NCBI GenBank assembly: GCA_018830045.1
Contig: JAHJTF010000002.1
Coordinates: 1-62,475 of the forward strand
Length of the DNA: 62,475 nt
Origin: Patescibacteria group bacterium
GTDB taxonomy: Bacteria > Patescibacteriota > Microgenomatia > UBA1400 > PJMF01
Reading direction: 5' to 3'
A program made the position numbers and the translations under genes. Every line of letters begins with the position of its first letter. Positions within the stretch are counted from its first letter, which is position 1. The notes beneath the pieces were generated by a model. That model saw nothing but the letters and a program-made list of their open reading frames with translations. It searched no databases and was not told the origin of the DNA. Positions 38,859-49,476 of this stretch are shown piece after piece.

Positions 38859-39794
38859 GTGAGTACCTCTACCCTACCCAATGAATCAATCATTAATTTC
38901 CTTGAACATTTAGAAGTCGAGCGAAATTTAAGTCCCTTGACGGTGCGAAATTACGGTGGTTACTTGAATCGCTTTGCGCAGTGGTTTAAAAGTCAGGGTT
39001 ATGATGATATGAAAAAATTAGATCAAGAGATTCTGAGGAAGTACCGGGTATATCTAAATAGATATACCGATCAGCATGGTGATCCCTTGAGCAGAAAAAC
39101 TCAATCATTTTATATCATCGCCTTGCGCTCTTGGCTAAAATGGCTGGTGAGAAACGATGCTAAGGTATTACAACCAGAGAAAGTTGATCTTCCCAAGGCA
39201 GAATCAGGGCATATGCAGTTTTTATCTATAGAACAGATGGAGAGATTGATGAACCAGCCAAATACTAGCTCTGTTGCAGGTTTAAGAGACAAGGTAATTC
39301 TCGAGGTGCTCTTTTCTACGGGCTTGCGGGTCAGTGAGCTAGTTTCACTTAATCGAGATCAAGTTGATACCAAAAGACGTGAGTTTGGGGTGATTGGCAA
39401 GGGTCGTCGACCCAGAGTAGTTTTTTTAAGTAACCGGGCGGCAGTTTGGTTAGATCGTTGGATAAATAGTCGCGAGGATGATTGGCGGCCAATTTTTATT
39501 CGCTTTTCTGGTAAGAAGCCAGAATCATTCGAAGTCGGTGAAGAGATGCGACTAACATCTAGGAGTGTGCAGAGACTAGTCGACAAGTATGCTAAGAAAG
39601 CCAAGTTGCCGGTTAAGATTAGCCCGCATGGGATCAGACATACTTTTGCAACTGATCTTCTGGCTAATGGTGCTGGCTTGAGAGATGTACAAGAAATGCT
39701 TGGGCATAAGAATATTGCTACTACTCAGATCTACACACATGTCACTCGACCTCAATTGAGAAAGATGCATCAAGAATTTCATTCCGATCTGTAG
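38859..39794 (+). CDS. tyrosine site-specific recombinase, XerC/XerD family
   Basis: N-terminal SAM-like domain (FLEHLEVERNLSPLTVRNY). The catalytic residues sit in GLRVSEL, HGIRHTFAT and LGHKNIATTQIYTHV. GTG start. Confidence 0.85.
   Translation: MSTSTLPNESIINFLEHLEVERNLSPLTVRNYGGYLNRFAQWFKSQGYDDMKKLDQEILRKYRVYLNRYTDQHGDPLSRKTQSFYIIALRSWLKWLVRNDAKVLQPEKVDLPKAESGHMQFLSIEQMERLMNQPNTSSVAGLRDKVILEVLFSTGLRVSELVSLNRDQVDTKRREFGVIGKGRRPRVVFLSNRAAVWLDRWINSREDDWRPIFIRFSGKKPESFEVGEEMRLTSRSVQRLVDKYAKKAKLPVKISPHGIRHTFATDLLANGAGLRDVQEMLGHKNIATTQIYTHVTRPQLRKMHQEFHSDL
38865..38875. repeat. right arm of the 11-bp inverted repeat (ACCTCTACCCT), inside codons 3-6 of the recombinase
   Basis: Reverse complement of 37830-37840. 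Confidence 0.8.
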
Positions 39795-39989
39795 CTCTTT
39801 TCTGTCAAAGTAATTGGAATGTTTGTTATGCTATTTAATAGCAAAGTATATTTTGATGACTATTTATATAGTAACTAATATAAAATGACGATTTTGATAT
39901 AAAAGAAAGGGTCGTTTTTTTCTCAACTCTACTGATAGCTTTCAAACCGTGTTAGAATATCTATTCTCTTTAAAATCTTTAAAATTCAA

Positions 39990-40062
39990 GGGCCCGTAGC
40001 GCAGCTGGTAGCGCGCCTCGCTGGCAGCGAGGAGGTCACCGGTTCGAACCCGGTCGGGTCCA
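39990..40062 (+). tRNA. tRNA-Ala (anticodon GGC)
   Basis: Acceptor GGGCCCG/CGGGTCC with G3:U70, D arm GCGC-AGCTGGTA-GCGC, anticodon stem CCTCG/CGAGG with loop CTGGCAG, and T arm ACCGG-TTCGAAC-CCGGT. Confidence 0.9.
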
Positions 40063-40091
40063 CTTTAGTCAATAAAGAATTTACAATCAAG

Positions 40092-42752
40092 CTATTCTTC
40101 TTCCACCTCTTCAGTCAATGTTACTGCCACCACCCTATCTTCTTTTTTAAGTCTCATTAGAATTACCCCCTGGGTAGGACGAGTTAAAATAGGAATTGAT
40201 TTTTTAGTAATTGGCATTTTAATGGTTTGGCCTAGTTTGGTACCAATTACTAATTGTTTATGAGTCGGTTGGACCAAACGCACTGAGGCGATATTACCGG
40301 TTTTTTTAGTCACATCGGCTACCTTAACTCCCATGCCGGAGCGTTTTTGGACTGGGTAGGCGCTAAGTTTAGTCCGTTTACCCATACCATTTTCAGTAAC
40401 TACCAAGAGTTGTTTATCAAAAGTCTTGTCGGTTCCTTTTTCTTTTTCTTCAAAAAATACCTCCATGCCAATCACATAATCACCTTTTTTGAGAGTAATC
40501 CCCTTTACTCCCTTAGTATCACGGTTAGAGTCCTTGACTTCTTTTTCTAAGAAACGGATAGATTTGCCTTGTTTGGTAGTGAGCAAAATATGGTTTTCAC
40601 CAGTAGTGAGTTGCCCCCGGACAACCTCATCGTCTTTGTTGAGAGTGATGGCAATAATGCCTGATAAACGAATATTTTCGTATAAACCAACAGCACTCTT
40701 TTTAACTAAGCCATTTTTGGTGGCCAGAGTAATATATTTATCTTTATCTTTTTGTAGATCTATTACTAGAATGGAATGGACGTTTTCTTCTGGTTTAAGG
40801 TTGAGTAAGTTAACAATCGCAGTGCCTTTAGCTTGACGACTCGATTCTGGAACCTGGAAAGACTTGATTTCAAAGACTCGACCTTGGTTGGTAAACATTA
40901 GTAAATTGTCATGGGTCTTTGTAAAGATGATGGACTTAACCAAGTCTTCTTCTTTCATATTAAGACCCTTAGAGCCTTTGCCGCCACGAGATTGGGAGCG
41001 CAGGGCACTGGGATTCATGCGCTTGATATAACCAGATTCAGTCAGGGTGATGACCGAGGCTTCATTGGCTACTAGATCTTCTTCATTAAATTCACCAACT
41101 TTGCCCTTAACTAGCTTAGTACGGCGCTTATCACTGTACATGGCGATTAGCTCTTCGGTTTCTGTCACAACTACGCCCAAAATCTTCTTGGGGTCACTCA
41201 AGAGAATAATGAGTTTATCAATGGATTGTTTAATCTCTTTATATTCATCTTCAATTTTTTGTCGCTCTAGTGCGGCCAGACGTTTGAGCTGCATGTCTAA
41301 AATGGCTAAAGCCTGAACTTCGGTAAAATCAAATTTTTTTATCAGTGCATCTTTGGCTTTTTCTGTGTCAGCGGATTTGCGAATAGTTGCGATAACTTCA
41401 TCTAGGTTTTTCAACGCAATCAATAAGCCTTCTAAAATATGGGCGCGATCGCGGGCTTGGGCCAGGTCATATTGGCTACGCCTCACAATCATTAATTGGC
41501 GGTGAATTACATATTCTCGTAAAATCTGCTTAATGTTCATCAGTTGTGGCGTGCCCTCACTTGAGAGGGCTACCATATTTACTGGAAAGCTGGTTTGAAG
41601 TTGAGAGTATTTAAAAAGTTTGTTTAAGACCACTTTGGGCCGAGCACTTTTCTTCAGCTCAATGGTGATCTGCATCCCAGTTCGGTCTGAGTCGTCATTG
41701 AGATCCCTAATACCTTCAATCTTGCCTTTTTTAACTAAGTCAGCAATTTGGATCAAGAGACGAGCTTTGTTAACTTGGTAAGGAATTTCAGTCACAATGA
41801 TTTGGAAAGAGCCTGATTTGCTTTCTTGGATACTAGCTTTACCTCTAATGACAACTTTGCCTTTGCCGGTTTGGTAAGCCTCTTGAATAGCTTTAAAATC
41901 ATAGATAATGCCTCCGGTGGGAAAATCCGGACCCTGAATATGCTCCATGATTTGATCAAAAGTGATCTCAGTTTGAAAATCACCAGCTAGACGCCTGGGG
42001 TCTTCTTTAATATAAACATCAATTAGTGTTGAGCCGGCAATTTTTTGTTTAGTTTCATCATCAATTTCAGCCTGACCATTTTTTATCATGTCGTTAATAG
42101 CTTGGCAAACTTCAGATAAGTTATGAGGCGGAATTTTGGTAGCCATCCCAACGGCAATTCCCTCAGCACCCATTAAGAGTAAATTGGGGAGTTTGGCGGG
42201 TAAGACGTGAGGTTCTTGTAGTGAGCTATCAAAGTTATCTAAAAATTTAACTGTATTTTTGTTTAAATCTTGGAGTAATTCTTGAGAAATTTTCGCCATT
42301 CTGGCTTCGGTGTAACGCATGGCAGCCGGACTATCGCCGTCGACTGAGCCAAAGTTGCCTTGCCCGTCTATGAGCGGGTAACGCATGTTAAAATCTTGAG
42401 CGAGGCGTACTAAAGCTCCATAAACTGGCGCATCACCATGCGGGTGATATTTACCCAGGACATCACCCACAATACGAGCTGATTTTTTGTAGGCGCTATT
42501 GTGGTGAATGCCACTTTTGTACATTGAGTACAGAATCCGGCGATGAACAGGCTTAAGACCATCGCGCACATCAGGCAGCGCACGGCTGACAATGACACTC
42601 ATGGCGTAATCAAGATATGATTTTTCCATCTCTTTGGCGATGGAGATGTACTTCATCTTGCCGTAAGCAGAGTCTTGGATAGTGCCAATTTTTGCAGCAT
42701 CACCGTTATTAACTAAAACTTCGTCTTGTGGTTGTGAGTTATCATCAGTCAT
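40092..42752 (-). CDS. gyrA: DNA gyrase subunit A
   Basis: [17 protein letters not shown], the active-site AAMRYTE, and C-terminal beta-pinwheel repeats. Confidence 0.97.
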   Translation of the reverse strand: MTDDNSQPQDEVLVNNGDAAKIGTIQDSAYGKMKYISIAKEMEKSYLDYAMSVIVSRALPDVRDGLKPVHRRILYSMYKSGIHHNSAYKKSARIVGDVLGKYHPHGDAPVYGALVRLAQDFNMRYPLIDGQGNFGSVDGDSPAAMRYTEARMAKISQELLQDLNKNTVKFLDNFDSSLQEPHVLPAKLPNLLLMGAEGIAVGMATKIPPHNLSEVCQAINDMIKNGQAEIDDETKQKIAGSTLIDVYIKEDPRRLAGDFQTEITFDQIMEHIQGPDFPTGGIIYDFKAIQEAYQTGKGKVVIRGKASIQESKSGSFQIIVTEIPYQVNKARLLIQIADLVKKGKIEGIRDLNDDSDRTGMQITIELKKSARPKVVLNKLFKYSQLQTSFPVNMVALSSEGTPQLMNIKQILREYVIHRQLMIVRRSQYDLAQARDRAHILEGLLIALKNLDEVIATIRKSADTEKAKDALIKKFDFTEVQALAILDMQLKRLAALERQKIEDEYKEIKQSIDKLIILLSDPKKILGVVVTETEELIAMYSDKRRTKLVKGKVGEFNEEDLVANEASVITLTESGYIKRMNPSALRSQSRGGKGSKGLNMKEEDLVKSIIFTKTHDNLLMFTNQGRVFEIKSFQVPESSRQAKGTAIVNLLNLKPEENVHSILVIDLQKDKDKYITLATKNGLVKKSAVGLYENIRLSGIIAITLNKDDEVVRGQLTTGENHILLTTKQGKSIRFLEKEVKDSNRDTKGVKGITLKKGDYVIGMEVFFEEKEKGTDKTFDKQLLVVTENGMGKRTKLSAYPVQKRSGMGVKVADVTKKTGNIASVRLVQPTHKQLVIGTKLGQTIKMPITKKSIPILTRPTQGVILMRLKKEDRVVAVTLTEEVEEE

Positions 42753-43695
42753 TTTTTAATACCTCTTCAATTGCGGGCGCAATCTCTTTTTTGCGGGACA
42801 TTTTCGATCCAATATCTAAGACGTAGTCGACAGCACTGCCGCCAAAGGCTCGCTCGGCAATGATCATTTCTTTTTCGCCATCTAGTAATAGTTTGGTGTT
42901 CACTTTTAAAACGTCGGTTACGGCCACAAAAAATAGTTCGACCCCAAGTTGTGCTTTGACGTTTGTCATCGCCGCCAAGAGGCGATCCTTTTTATTTGCA
43001 AGTAAAACTTCTTGCTCTACAGTTTCTAGCTGGCTAATACAGGTTTTTTTAGCAAATTCATAGATTTTAAAATCATTTTGGACAATTTCTTCGTCACTCA
43101 AGGTAGAAAAGTCTGACCCAGCTCTGAAGATTTCAAGAGCAAAAGCATTAATATCAGTAATGCCAGCGATTTGAGCTAGTTCTTGACCGAATTTTTTATC
43201 TTTTTGTGTGGTGGTAGCAGATTTAAAACCGACTGTGTCGGAGAGAATAGCGGCCAACATTAACCCAGCCAGCTTTTTATCCGGAGTTACGCTATATTCC
43301 TTCATGAAAAAGTAAATAATAGTAGTGGTTGAGCCCCAGGTTTTGAAGTTTAAAAAGAGCGGTGTACTTAAATTAAGGTTAACCTTATGATGGTCCACAA
43401 TCTCCACAATCTGAGCTTCGTTTAAGCCGATCAATCTTTGTGATTCTTCATTATGATCTACTAACACCACCTGATCATCAGCACCAATTTCGGCCGCAGT
43501 GATGAGTGGTGGGGTTAGAACTTTAAATTTTTCAAACAAATAACTAGTTTCTGGGCTGAGGTGGCCAGTAATGACCGCTTGAGGCTGAGAATAACCAAAG
43601 CAGTCTTTTTGAGAATAAAGATATTCCAATGCCATGGCTGCTACCGCTGAATCAGTATCTGGTTTAAGGTGGCCAATGATGTAAGTTTTAGACAT
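42745..43695 (-). CDS. ppaC: family II (DHH) manganese-dependent inorganic pyrophosphatase
   Basis: [23 protein letters not shown] and the C-terminal SRKKE motifs. It overlaps the gyrA start by 8 nt. Confidence 0.85.
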   Translation of the reverse strand: MSKTYIIGHLKPDTDSAVAAMALEYLYSQKDCFGYSQPQAVITGHLSPETSYLFEKFKVLTPPLITAAEIGADDQVVLVDHNEESQRLIGLNEAQIVEIVDHHKVNLNLSTPLFLNFKTWGSTTTIIYFFMKEYSVTPDKKLAGLMLAAILSDTVGFKSATTTQKDKKFGQELAQIAGITDINAFALEIFRAGSDFSTLSDEEIVQNDFKIYEFAKKTCISQLETVEQEVLLANKKDRLLAAMTNVKAQLGVELFFVAVTDVLKVNTKLLLDGEKEMIIAERAFGGSAVDYVLDIGSKMSRKKEIAPAIEEVLKND

Positions 43696-43711
43696 TTTTA
43701 CTCCTGTTAAT

Positions 43712-46700
43712 TTAAATATCTATTTGAGCAAATTGAGCTTGTTTTTGAATGAATTTTTTTCTAGGCAGAACGTCATCGCCCATCAAATCACTAAAAGTTT
43801 GATCAGCTATTTGAGCATCATCAATGGTGACTTTTTTCAAAATTCTGGTTTCCGGGTTCATGGTCGTGTCCCAAAGTTGTTCAGGATTCATCTCCCCCAG
43901 GCCTTTGTAACGCTGGATTTTGATGACGTTTTGATATTCTTTTTTAAGTTCTTTTAGTTTTTCTTCTTTGGCCTCATCTGTGTAGACATACTCTTGGATT
44001 TTGCCAGCAGTAATTTTATAAAGGGGCGGCATGGCAATATAGAGATAGCCTTGTTTAACCACCTCTGGGAGATGCCTAAAAAAGAAAGTTAGACCCAAAG
44101 TAGTGATGTGTTCACCGTCGACATCAGCGTCATTCATTAAAATAATGCGGTGATAGCGTAAGTTTTTAATATCAAAAGTCTCACCAATCCCGGCTCCAAG
44201 AGCAATAACTAAGTTTTTTAATTCCTCAAAAGCCACTACTTTATCAAGTCTGGCTCGTTCAGTGTTTAAAATTTTGCCGCGCAGGGGGAAAATTGCCTGA
44301 AACTTTCGGTCTCGACCTTGCTTGGCACTGTTGTGAACAAATACCCCAGAAGCTAAGGCAAAGTTATGACTGTGTGGGACTTCTATATCATAAACATCAA
44401 TTTTTTTGCTAAGTGGCTTGACTGCAATCACGCGATGATTGTAGTTACTAGTAGCCTCCAGTGCTTTTTGTTCATCCCCGCTGAAATATCTGGTCACAAA
44501 AGTGTCAAATCTTAATAACGATTTATCATTGGTTTTTTTTCTGTGTGTTCTGTATAGGTCTAAGTCAATTTTGCCGGCCTGGCTAGTACTACTTTTAAGA
44601 GCTCTCATTTGAGCGCGGTATTCTGGATTGGAATAATAAAATTCCTGCCACCTATCTATCATATATTGTTTATAATCTTCATCTGCCCATTGCTTTTTTG
44701 CTCGTTTTGAGAGGATTTTTCTAGTATTAGTCTCAAGCATTTTCTGGCTCATTTTCTTTCTAAAACTATCACTTTGATGGATTTTTCTACATTTATTGAT
44801 TGTTGCTTCTGTGTGTAAGGTTTTGTCAGCATGATCACGGTGTAGCTGAAGGTGTTGATCTGAGGGAAGTCTGGTAATATTAGTTGGATTGTTGTTGTGT
44901 TTATTAAAATCAAGGTGGTGGCAGTGATCTCCGTCTTCTTGACTGTAAACTTGTTGCCAGCGATTGTACCAATCAGCCAAAAGATGGGTAAAAAGCCATG
45001 AATCAGATTTGGGGTCCCAAGTCATTTCATAGCCATCAATGGTAATGTTGGGCTCAGATTTATCTGATAATTTTCTATATAAAGGCATGAGGGAGTTATT
45101 CGCCCGCAAATCTTTAGCTTGTTTGTAATTTCCATCTCTAAGCATAAACTTGTGACTTGGGGTACAAGTAATTTTTTGACCGTTATCAAGAGTTATTTCT
45201 ACTACTGCAGTATTTTTTTTAGTGACTCTTGGGTTTAAAATTTTTTCTAAGCCAATCCGGCCATCATGGCGGATAGTATAACAAAAGTTTTGTTTACCTG
45301 TCTGTGATTCTTGAACTAATTCTTTAAAGCTTAAATTACGACCATCAGCTAGAGCAACTTGTGTGCCTCCAGCAAAGCATCCACCCGCAGAGTCACCCTC
45401 AACAATATAAATTTCTGCTTCTTCGGCCTTGCGACTTTGACAATCAGCTAGTTTTCCTGGTAAAGAACTGCCTTCTAGGATACCTTTTCGCACTACAGCA
45501 TCTTTAGCGGCTCTAGCAGCTAGTCGAGCGCGAGACGCCAATAGGACTTTATCAACAATAACCCGACCTACTTTGGGATTTTCTTCGAGGAAAGTGGTCA
45601 AATTTTCTTTGACTACATAATAAACCGCTGATTGAGCTTCGGCGTTGTTGAGCTTGGCTTTAGTTTGTGATTCAAACTGTAAATCATTAGCTGACATTTT
45701 AACAAAAATAACTGCTGTTAAGCCTTCCACCAAATCTTCCAAATTAAATGCCTCGTTAGTTTTAAGGAGGTCATTTTTTTCAGCGTAGTCACGTAATACT
45801 TTACTCAAAGCGGTTCTAAATCCATTAATATGAGTTCCACCGTCTGGGGTGCGAATCACATTGACATAACTATCAACCCGCTCATTAAAAGAATCATTGT
45901 ATTGTAGCGCTATCTCTATACCAATCTTTTTACCAGTTGTTTCATCTGTCCAGACTTTATCGGTGTGAAAAATTTCATGAAGAGGTTTGCGAGTCATATT
46001 AATATGTTTGACTAGAGAGCTAATTCCTCCCTCAAAGTAAAAATGTTGATGTTCATCATCAATCAAATCTACATATTCAAAATAAAGCCCAGCCATTAAG
46101 TAAGCTCGATCTTTTAGAATTTGTGTCAAGATACTTTGACTAAATTGAGTGGCAGAAAAGATGGTGGTGTCAGGAACGAAACAGACGATTGTACCAGTTT
46201 TATAATTTATGAAATCTTTTGATGCAATTGGAAATAGTTCTTTGACCTTTGATTCTTTAATTTCCATTACTTTATCTTTGGGTTGACCCTGAGAGTAAGC
46301 TTGATAGAAATATTGATCATTTCTTTTAGAGATTACCTGCATGGCTGAAGAGAGCGCGTTGACTGCTGAAGATCCCACCCCATGAAGACCGCCTGAAGCT
46401 TGGTAGGCAGTTTCTTCAAACTTACCGCCAGCGTGAAGTTTAGTCATCACTACCTCTAGAGCTGATACTCCAGACTCATGTAGCTCTGTAGGAATGCCTC
46501 GACCATTATCGACTACCACGATGGCTTGTTCACCCAAAGCACCTTTGGGACTTAGCTGGAGATGGAGATCGGTGGGCTTTTTTCTAAAGAGTTGGATTTT
46601 TTTGCCAAAACCAGCGATAGCCTCATCAACTGAGTTGTCTAAAATCTCTTTGGCCAGATGATGTAAACCCCTGGCGTCAGTCGAGCCAATGTACATTCCT

Positions 46701-46777
46701 GGTCGTTTTCTAACCGGTTCCAATCCTTTAAGTAGCTTAATTTGTTTGGCGTCGTATTTAATGGTTACTGCTGACAT
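43712..46777 (-). CDS. gyrB: DNA gyrase subunit B, interrupted by an in-frame intein
   Basis: GHKL ATPase motifs (LHHLAKEILDNSVDE, DNGRGIP, GGLHGVG). Toprim IVEGDSAGG is separated from SAKQGRDRKFQAI by 350 aa. Start placed at MSAVTIKYD. Confidence 0.95.
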   Translation of the reverse strand: MSAVTIKYDAKQIKLLKGLEPVRKRPGMYIGSTDARGLHHLAKEILDNSVDEAIAGFGKKIQLFRKKPTDLHLQLSPKGALGEQAIVVVDNGRGIPTELHESGVSALEVVMTKLHAGGKFEETAYQASGGLHGVGSSAVNALSSAMQVISKRNDQYFYQAYSQGQPKDKVMEIKESKVKELFPIASKDFINYKTGTIVCFVPDTTIFSATQFSQSILTQILKDRAYLMAGLYFEYVDLIDDEHQHFYFEGGISSLVKHINMTRKPLHEIFHTDKVWTDETTGKKIGIEIALQYNDSFNERVDSYVNVIRTPDGGTHINGFRTALSKVLRDYAEKNDLLKTNEAFNLEDLVEGLTAVIFVKMSANDLQFESQTKAKLNNAEAQSAVYYVVKENLTTFLEENPKVGRVIVDKVLLASRARLAARAAKDAVVRKGILEGSSLPGKLADCQSRKAEEAEIYIVEGDSAGGCFAGGTQVALADGRNLSFKELVQESQTGKQNFCYTIRHDGRIGLEKILNPRVTKKNTAVVEITLDNGQKITCTPSHKFMLRDGNYKQAKDLRANNSLMPLYRKLSDKSEPNITIDGYEMTWDPKSDSWLFTHLLADWYNRWQQVYSQEDGDHCHHLDFNKHNNNPTNITRLPSDQHLQLHRDHADKTLHTEATINKCRKIHQSDSFRKKMSQKMLETNTRKILSKRAKKQWADEDYKQYMIDRWQEFYYSNPEYRAQMRALKSSTSQAGKIDLDLYRTHRKKTNDKSLLRFDTFVTRYFSGDEQKALEATSNYNHRVIAVKPLSKKIDVYDIEVPHSHNFALASGVFVHNSAKQGRDRKFQAIFPLRGKILNTERARLDKVVAFEELKNLVIALGAGIGETFDIKNLRYHRIILMNDADVDGEHITTLGLTFFFRHLPEVVKQGYLYIAMPPLYKITAGKIQEYVYTDEAKEEKLKELKKEYQNVIKIQRYKGLGEMNPEQLWDTTMNPETRILKKVTIDDAQIADQTFSDLMGDDVLPRKKFIQKQAQFAQIDI
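44330..45379 (-). mobile_element. GyrB intein (350 aa) with HNH-type endonuclease domain
   Basis: It begins CFAGGTQVALADGR (block A), has ITCTPSHKF (block B), ends VYDIEVPHSHNFALASGVFVHN, and is followed by Ser+1. The HNH motif DHCHHLDFNKHNNNPTNITRLPSDQHLQLH lies at about 44840-44923. Confidence 0.9.
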
Positions 46778-46863
46778 AGAGATATTTGTTCTATCATACT
46801 GTAACATAAAAAGAAAGTGTTGACTCCTCAGGAAAGGCTCTGAGATTGCTCAAAATCGGGTTT

Positions 46864-47568
46864 TTATTTTTTGATCGCAAAAAAACAGTTTTCCAACGCG
46901 AGGCGGACATTGACATTAGCCTCTAGACCTTGCAAAGTTTTTAGTAGCAGTGTTTGCAGTTTAATGTATTTATTTTTATTGATTATTTTTTGCTGATTGT
47001 GAAGCACAACCAACAGCTGTTGGATTAATTGAATCGCTCGTTCTTTGTCTTTATATTCATTCGCAAAATCAATCAATTGATGATACTTCACCAAATCAGG
47101 ATTAAGTAAAAGCGTTTCAATTAGTGGAGGTAAAGCTAAGTCAGCGATGGGTTCATCGGAAGTTTGTGAATCATGAACTAAACACCTCGAGCGAATAGTT
47201 GGGAGCAAGCTATTGGGATTAGATGTGACTAGGACCAATTGAGTGTTGGCGGGAGGTTCTTCCAATGATTTCAGTAAAGCGTGTTGGGCAGCCAGCGAGA
47301 TCTGCTCACTGCGCAGTAAAACAAAAGCGCGTGATTTCCCCATATGGGCGGCATAAGCTAGCTCACTAATTAAATCCCGCACCATTTCAATAGAAAAAGT
47401 ATCTTGCTGCTCGTTGAGCCATCTTAGTTGAGGAGAGTTTAAGGGAAACTTCCAGCCTAGTTGGTCGTTGAAAAATGACATAGCGGCTGATTTTTGGTTG
47501 GTTGAAGAAGAGACAACTAATATCACTGGAGTCAGAAGGATTGTGGGCTGATGCTGGTCGTTGCTCAT
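46864..47568 (-). CDS. holB: DNA polymerase III delta-prime-like subunit (short)
   Basis: LLKSLEEPPANTQLVLVTSNPNSLLPTIRSRC is the clamp-loader sensor region. No Walker A is visible. Confidence 0.7.
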   Translation of the reverse strand: MSNDQHQPTILLTPVILVVSSSTNQKSAAMSFFNDQLGWKFPLNSPQLRWLNEQQDTFSIEMVRDLISELAYAAHMGKSRAFVLLRSEQISLAAQHALLKSLEEPPANTQLVLVTSNPNSLLPTIRSRCLVHDSQTSDEPIADLALPPLIETLLLNPDLVKYHQLIDFANEYKDKERAIQLIQQLLVVLHNQQKIINKNKYIKLQTLLLKTLQGLEANVNVRLALENCFFAIKK

Positions 47569-47638
47569 TGAGTCTGAATCGTCTATCTTTATATTATAGA
47601 AGCCCTATCCAGCGTTACTGGGAGGGTATTCTAATTGT

Positions 47639-49459
47639 ATGACAGAACCTGCCCAAGTACCACCCATGCAGCCGATTTCCGCTCAAGGCAATCAGCCTCA
47701 ATTTCAGCCACAGCCGGTAGTTGACCAGGATCAAAAGTTTAACTCTTTGTTAGAAGTTTTAGTAGCCAAGCAATACTTATCTCAAGCAGATGTAGACAAG
47801 TTAGCAGTCGAGCAACTTAGCTCCGGGAAGAATATTGAAGAGATTATTTTAGAAACAAAAGTTATTTCTGAAGAGGAATTGACCCAAGCCAAAGCTTGGC
47901 TCTATGGTGTTCCTTTTATTAAAATCTCTGAGACTGGGGTTTCGCCTGAAGCTTTAAATACTTTACCAGAAAGTGTGGCTCGTCGCTACCAAATGTTGCC
48001 CTTCATGGTTAACGAAGAAGACAAGATTCTTAAAGTGGCAATGGAAAATCCGCTTGATGTGACCGCCATTGATTTTGCTCAACAAAAAACTGGTTTTAGA
48101 GTTCAAGCTCATTTCGCCTCGCCATCTGAAATTGAACAAAAAATCGTTGAGCGCTATGCGCAAAGTCTTTCTGGAGAAGTGACTAAGGCTTTAGAAGAAA
48201 CTGCTCATCCGGAAAAGATGAGGTCCCAAGATTTATCAGATTTATCGCACGGAGTAATTAGGCAAGCACCAATTACTAAAATTGTTGAAACGATTTTGGC
48301 TTTTGCCATGAAGGCTAGAGCTTCAGACGTTCATATTGAACCAGAGTTAGAAAGAACTAGAATTCGGTATCGAATTGACGGCATTTTACAAGAGAAATTA
48401 ATTTTACCCAGGTCTGTTCACGACGCGGTTGTTTCAAGAATCAAAATTTTGTCTCGTCTCAAAATTGATGAGAAAAGGATTCCTCAAGACGGTCGGTTTA
48501 CTTTTGATTCAGAGGGCGAAGAGGTCGATTTGCGTATCTCTACTCTACCCACTGCTCATGGTGAAAAAGTGGTGATGAGGTTATTAAAAAAGAATCTTAA
48601 GGTGCCGACTCTCCCCGAGCTTGGTCTAGATGGGCTGGCCCTGCGTCGGGTTGAAGATGTAATTAAAATTCCCAATGGAATTATTTTAGTTACGGGTCCA
48701 ACTGGTTCGGGGAAAACCAGTACGCTGTATTCAATCTTGCACATTATTAATTCACCCAGAGTTAATATTTTGACTTTGGAAGATCCAATTGAGTATCAAA
48801 TGGATGGGGTGAACCAGGTTCAGATTAATCCCCAAGCAGGCTTAACCTTTGCTACTGGCTTGAGATCATTTCTGCGTCAGGATCCAAACATTATTATGGT
48901 TGGAGAAATTCGTGATAGTGAAACAGTAGGCCTAGCTATCCAAGCTTCACTAACAGGTCATCTAGTTTTCTCTACCCTGCACACTAATTCTGCAGCTGGA
49001 GCTTTACCTAGGTTAGTTGATATGGGCGCGGAAACATTTCTATTGGCATCAAGCATGAAACTAGTGATGGCGCAAAGAGTTGTGCGAAGAATTAATCCGG
49101 AGTTCAAAGAGGAGTATAAGCCCGAACCAGAGGTGGTGGCAGATATCAAACAAGTTTTGGGTGGTTATTTAGATCAGTGGTGTGTGCAGAACAATAAAGA
49201 TCCCAACAATCTTATCTTATATAGACCTAAAAAAGATTTACCGCAGAACGAAACTGATTTCAAGGGTCGGGTGGGTATTTTTGAAGTTATGTCTATTTCG
49301 GAAGAAGTGAGCAGAATGATTTTACAAAAGGTTTCTTCGGCGGAGATTGAAAAAACAGCTTTAAATAACGGGATGTTGTTGATGAAACAAGACGGATATT
49401 TGAAAGCCTTAGCTGGAATTACTACAATAGAAGAAGTAGTTAGAGTAGCTGAGGTATAA
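47639..49459 (+). CDS. pilB: type IV pilus assembly ATPase (PilB/GspE family)
   Basis: GspE N-terminal domain, Walker A GPTGSGKTST, the Asp box, and His box FSTLHTN. Confidence 0.9.
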   Translation: MTEPAQVPPMQPISAQGNQPQFQPQPVVDQDQKFNSLLEVLVAKQYLSQADVDKLAVEQLSSGKNIEEIILETKVISEEELTQAKAWLYGVPFIKISETGVSPEALNTLPESVARRYQMLPFMVNEEDKILKVAMENPLDVTAIDFAQQKTGFRVQAHFASPSEIEQKIVERYAQSLSGEVTKALEETAHPEKMRSQDLSDLSHGVIRQAPITKIVETILAFAMKARASDVHIEPELERTRIRYRIDGILQEKLILPRSVHDAVVSRIKILSRLKIDEKRIPQDGRFTFDSEGEEVDLRISTLPTAHGEKVVMRLLKKNLKVPTLPELGLDGLALRRVEDVIKIPNGIILVTGPTGSGKTSTLYSILHIINSPRVNILTLEDPIEYQMDGVNQVQINPQAGLTFATGLRSFLRQDPNIIMVGEIRDSETVGLAIQASLTGHLVFSTLHTNSAAGALPRLVDMGAETFLLASSMKLVMAQRVVRRINPEFKEEYKPEPEVVADIKQVLGGYLDQWCVQNNKDPNNLILYRPKKDLPQNETDFKGRVGIFEVMSISEEVSRMILQKVSSAEIEKTALNNGMLLMKQDGYLKALAGITTIEEVVRVAEV

Positions 49460-49476
49460 AAAGTAGGACACAAACT

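Noticed and set aside
38859-40062. Integrase plus tRNA-Ala as the edge of an integrated prophage or island
   Set aside because: No direct repeat of the tRNA 3' end was seen in the flanking 2 kb. The recombinase looks like a housekeeping XerC/D type, and the neighbours on both sides are core genes.
40347-46807. Numerous 60-115-aa ORFs antisense or out of frame inside gyrA, ppaC and gyrB. The same pattern occurs inside glmS, hutH, dnaB, pilB, pilT and others.
   Set aside because: They lie inside long, well-supported genes with clear homology, and none has independent signals.
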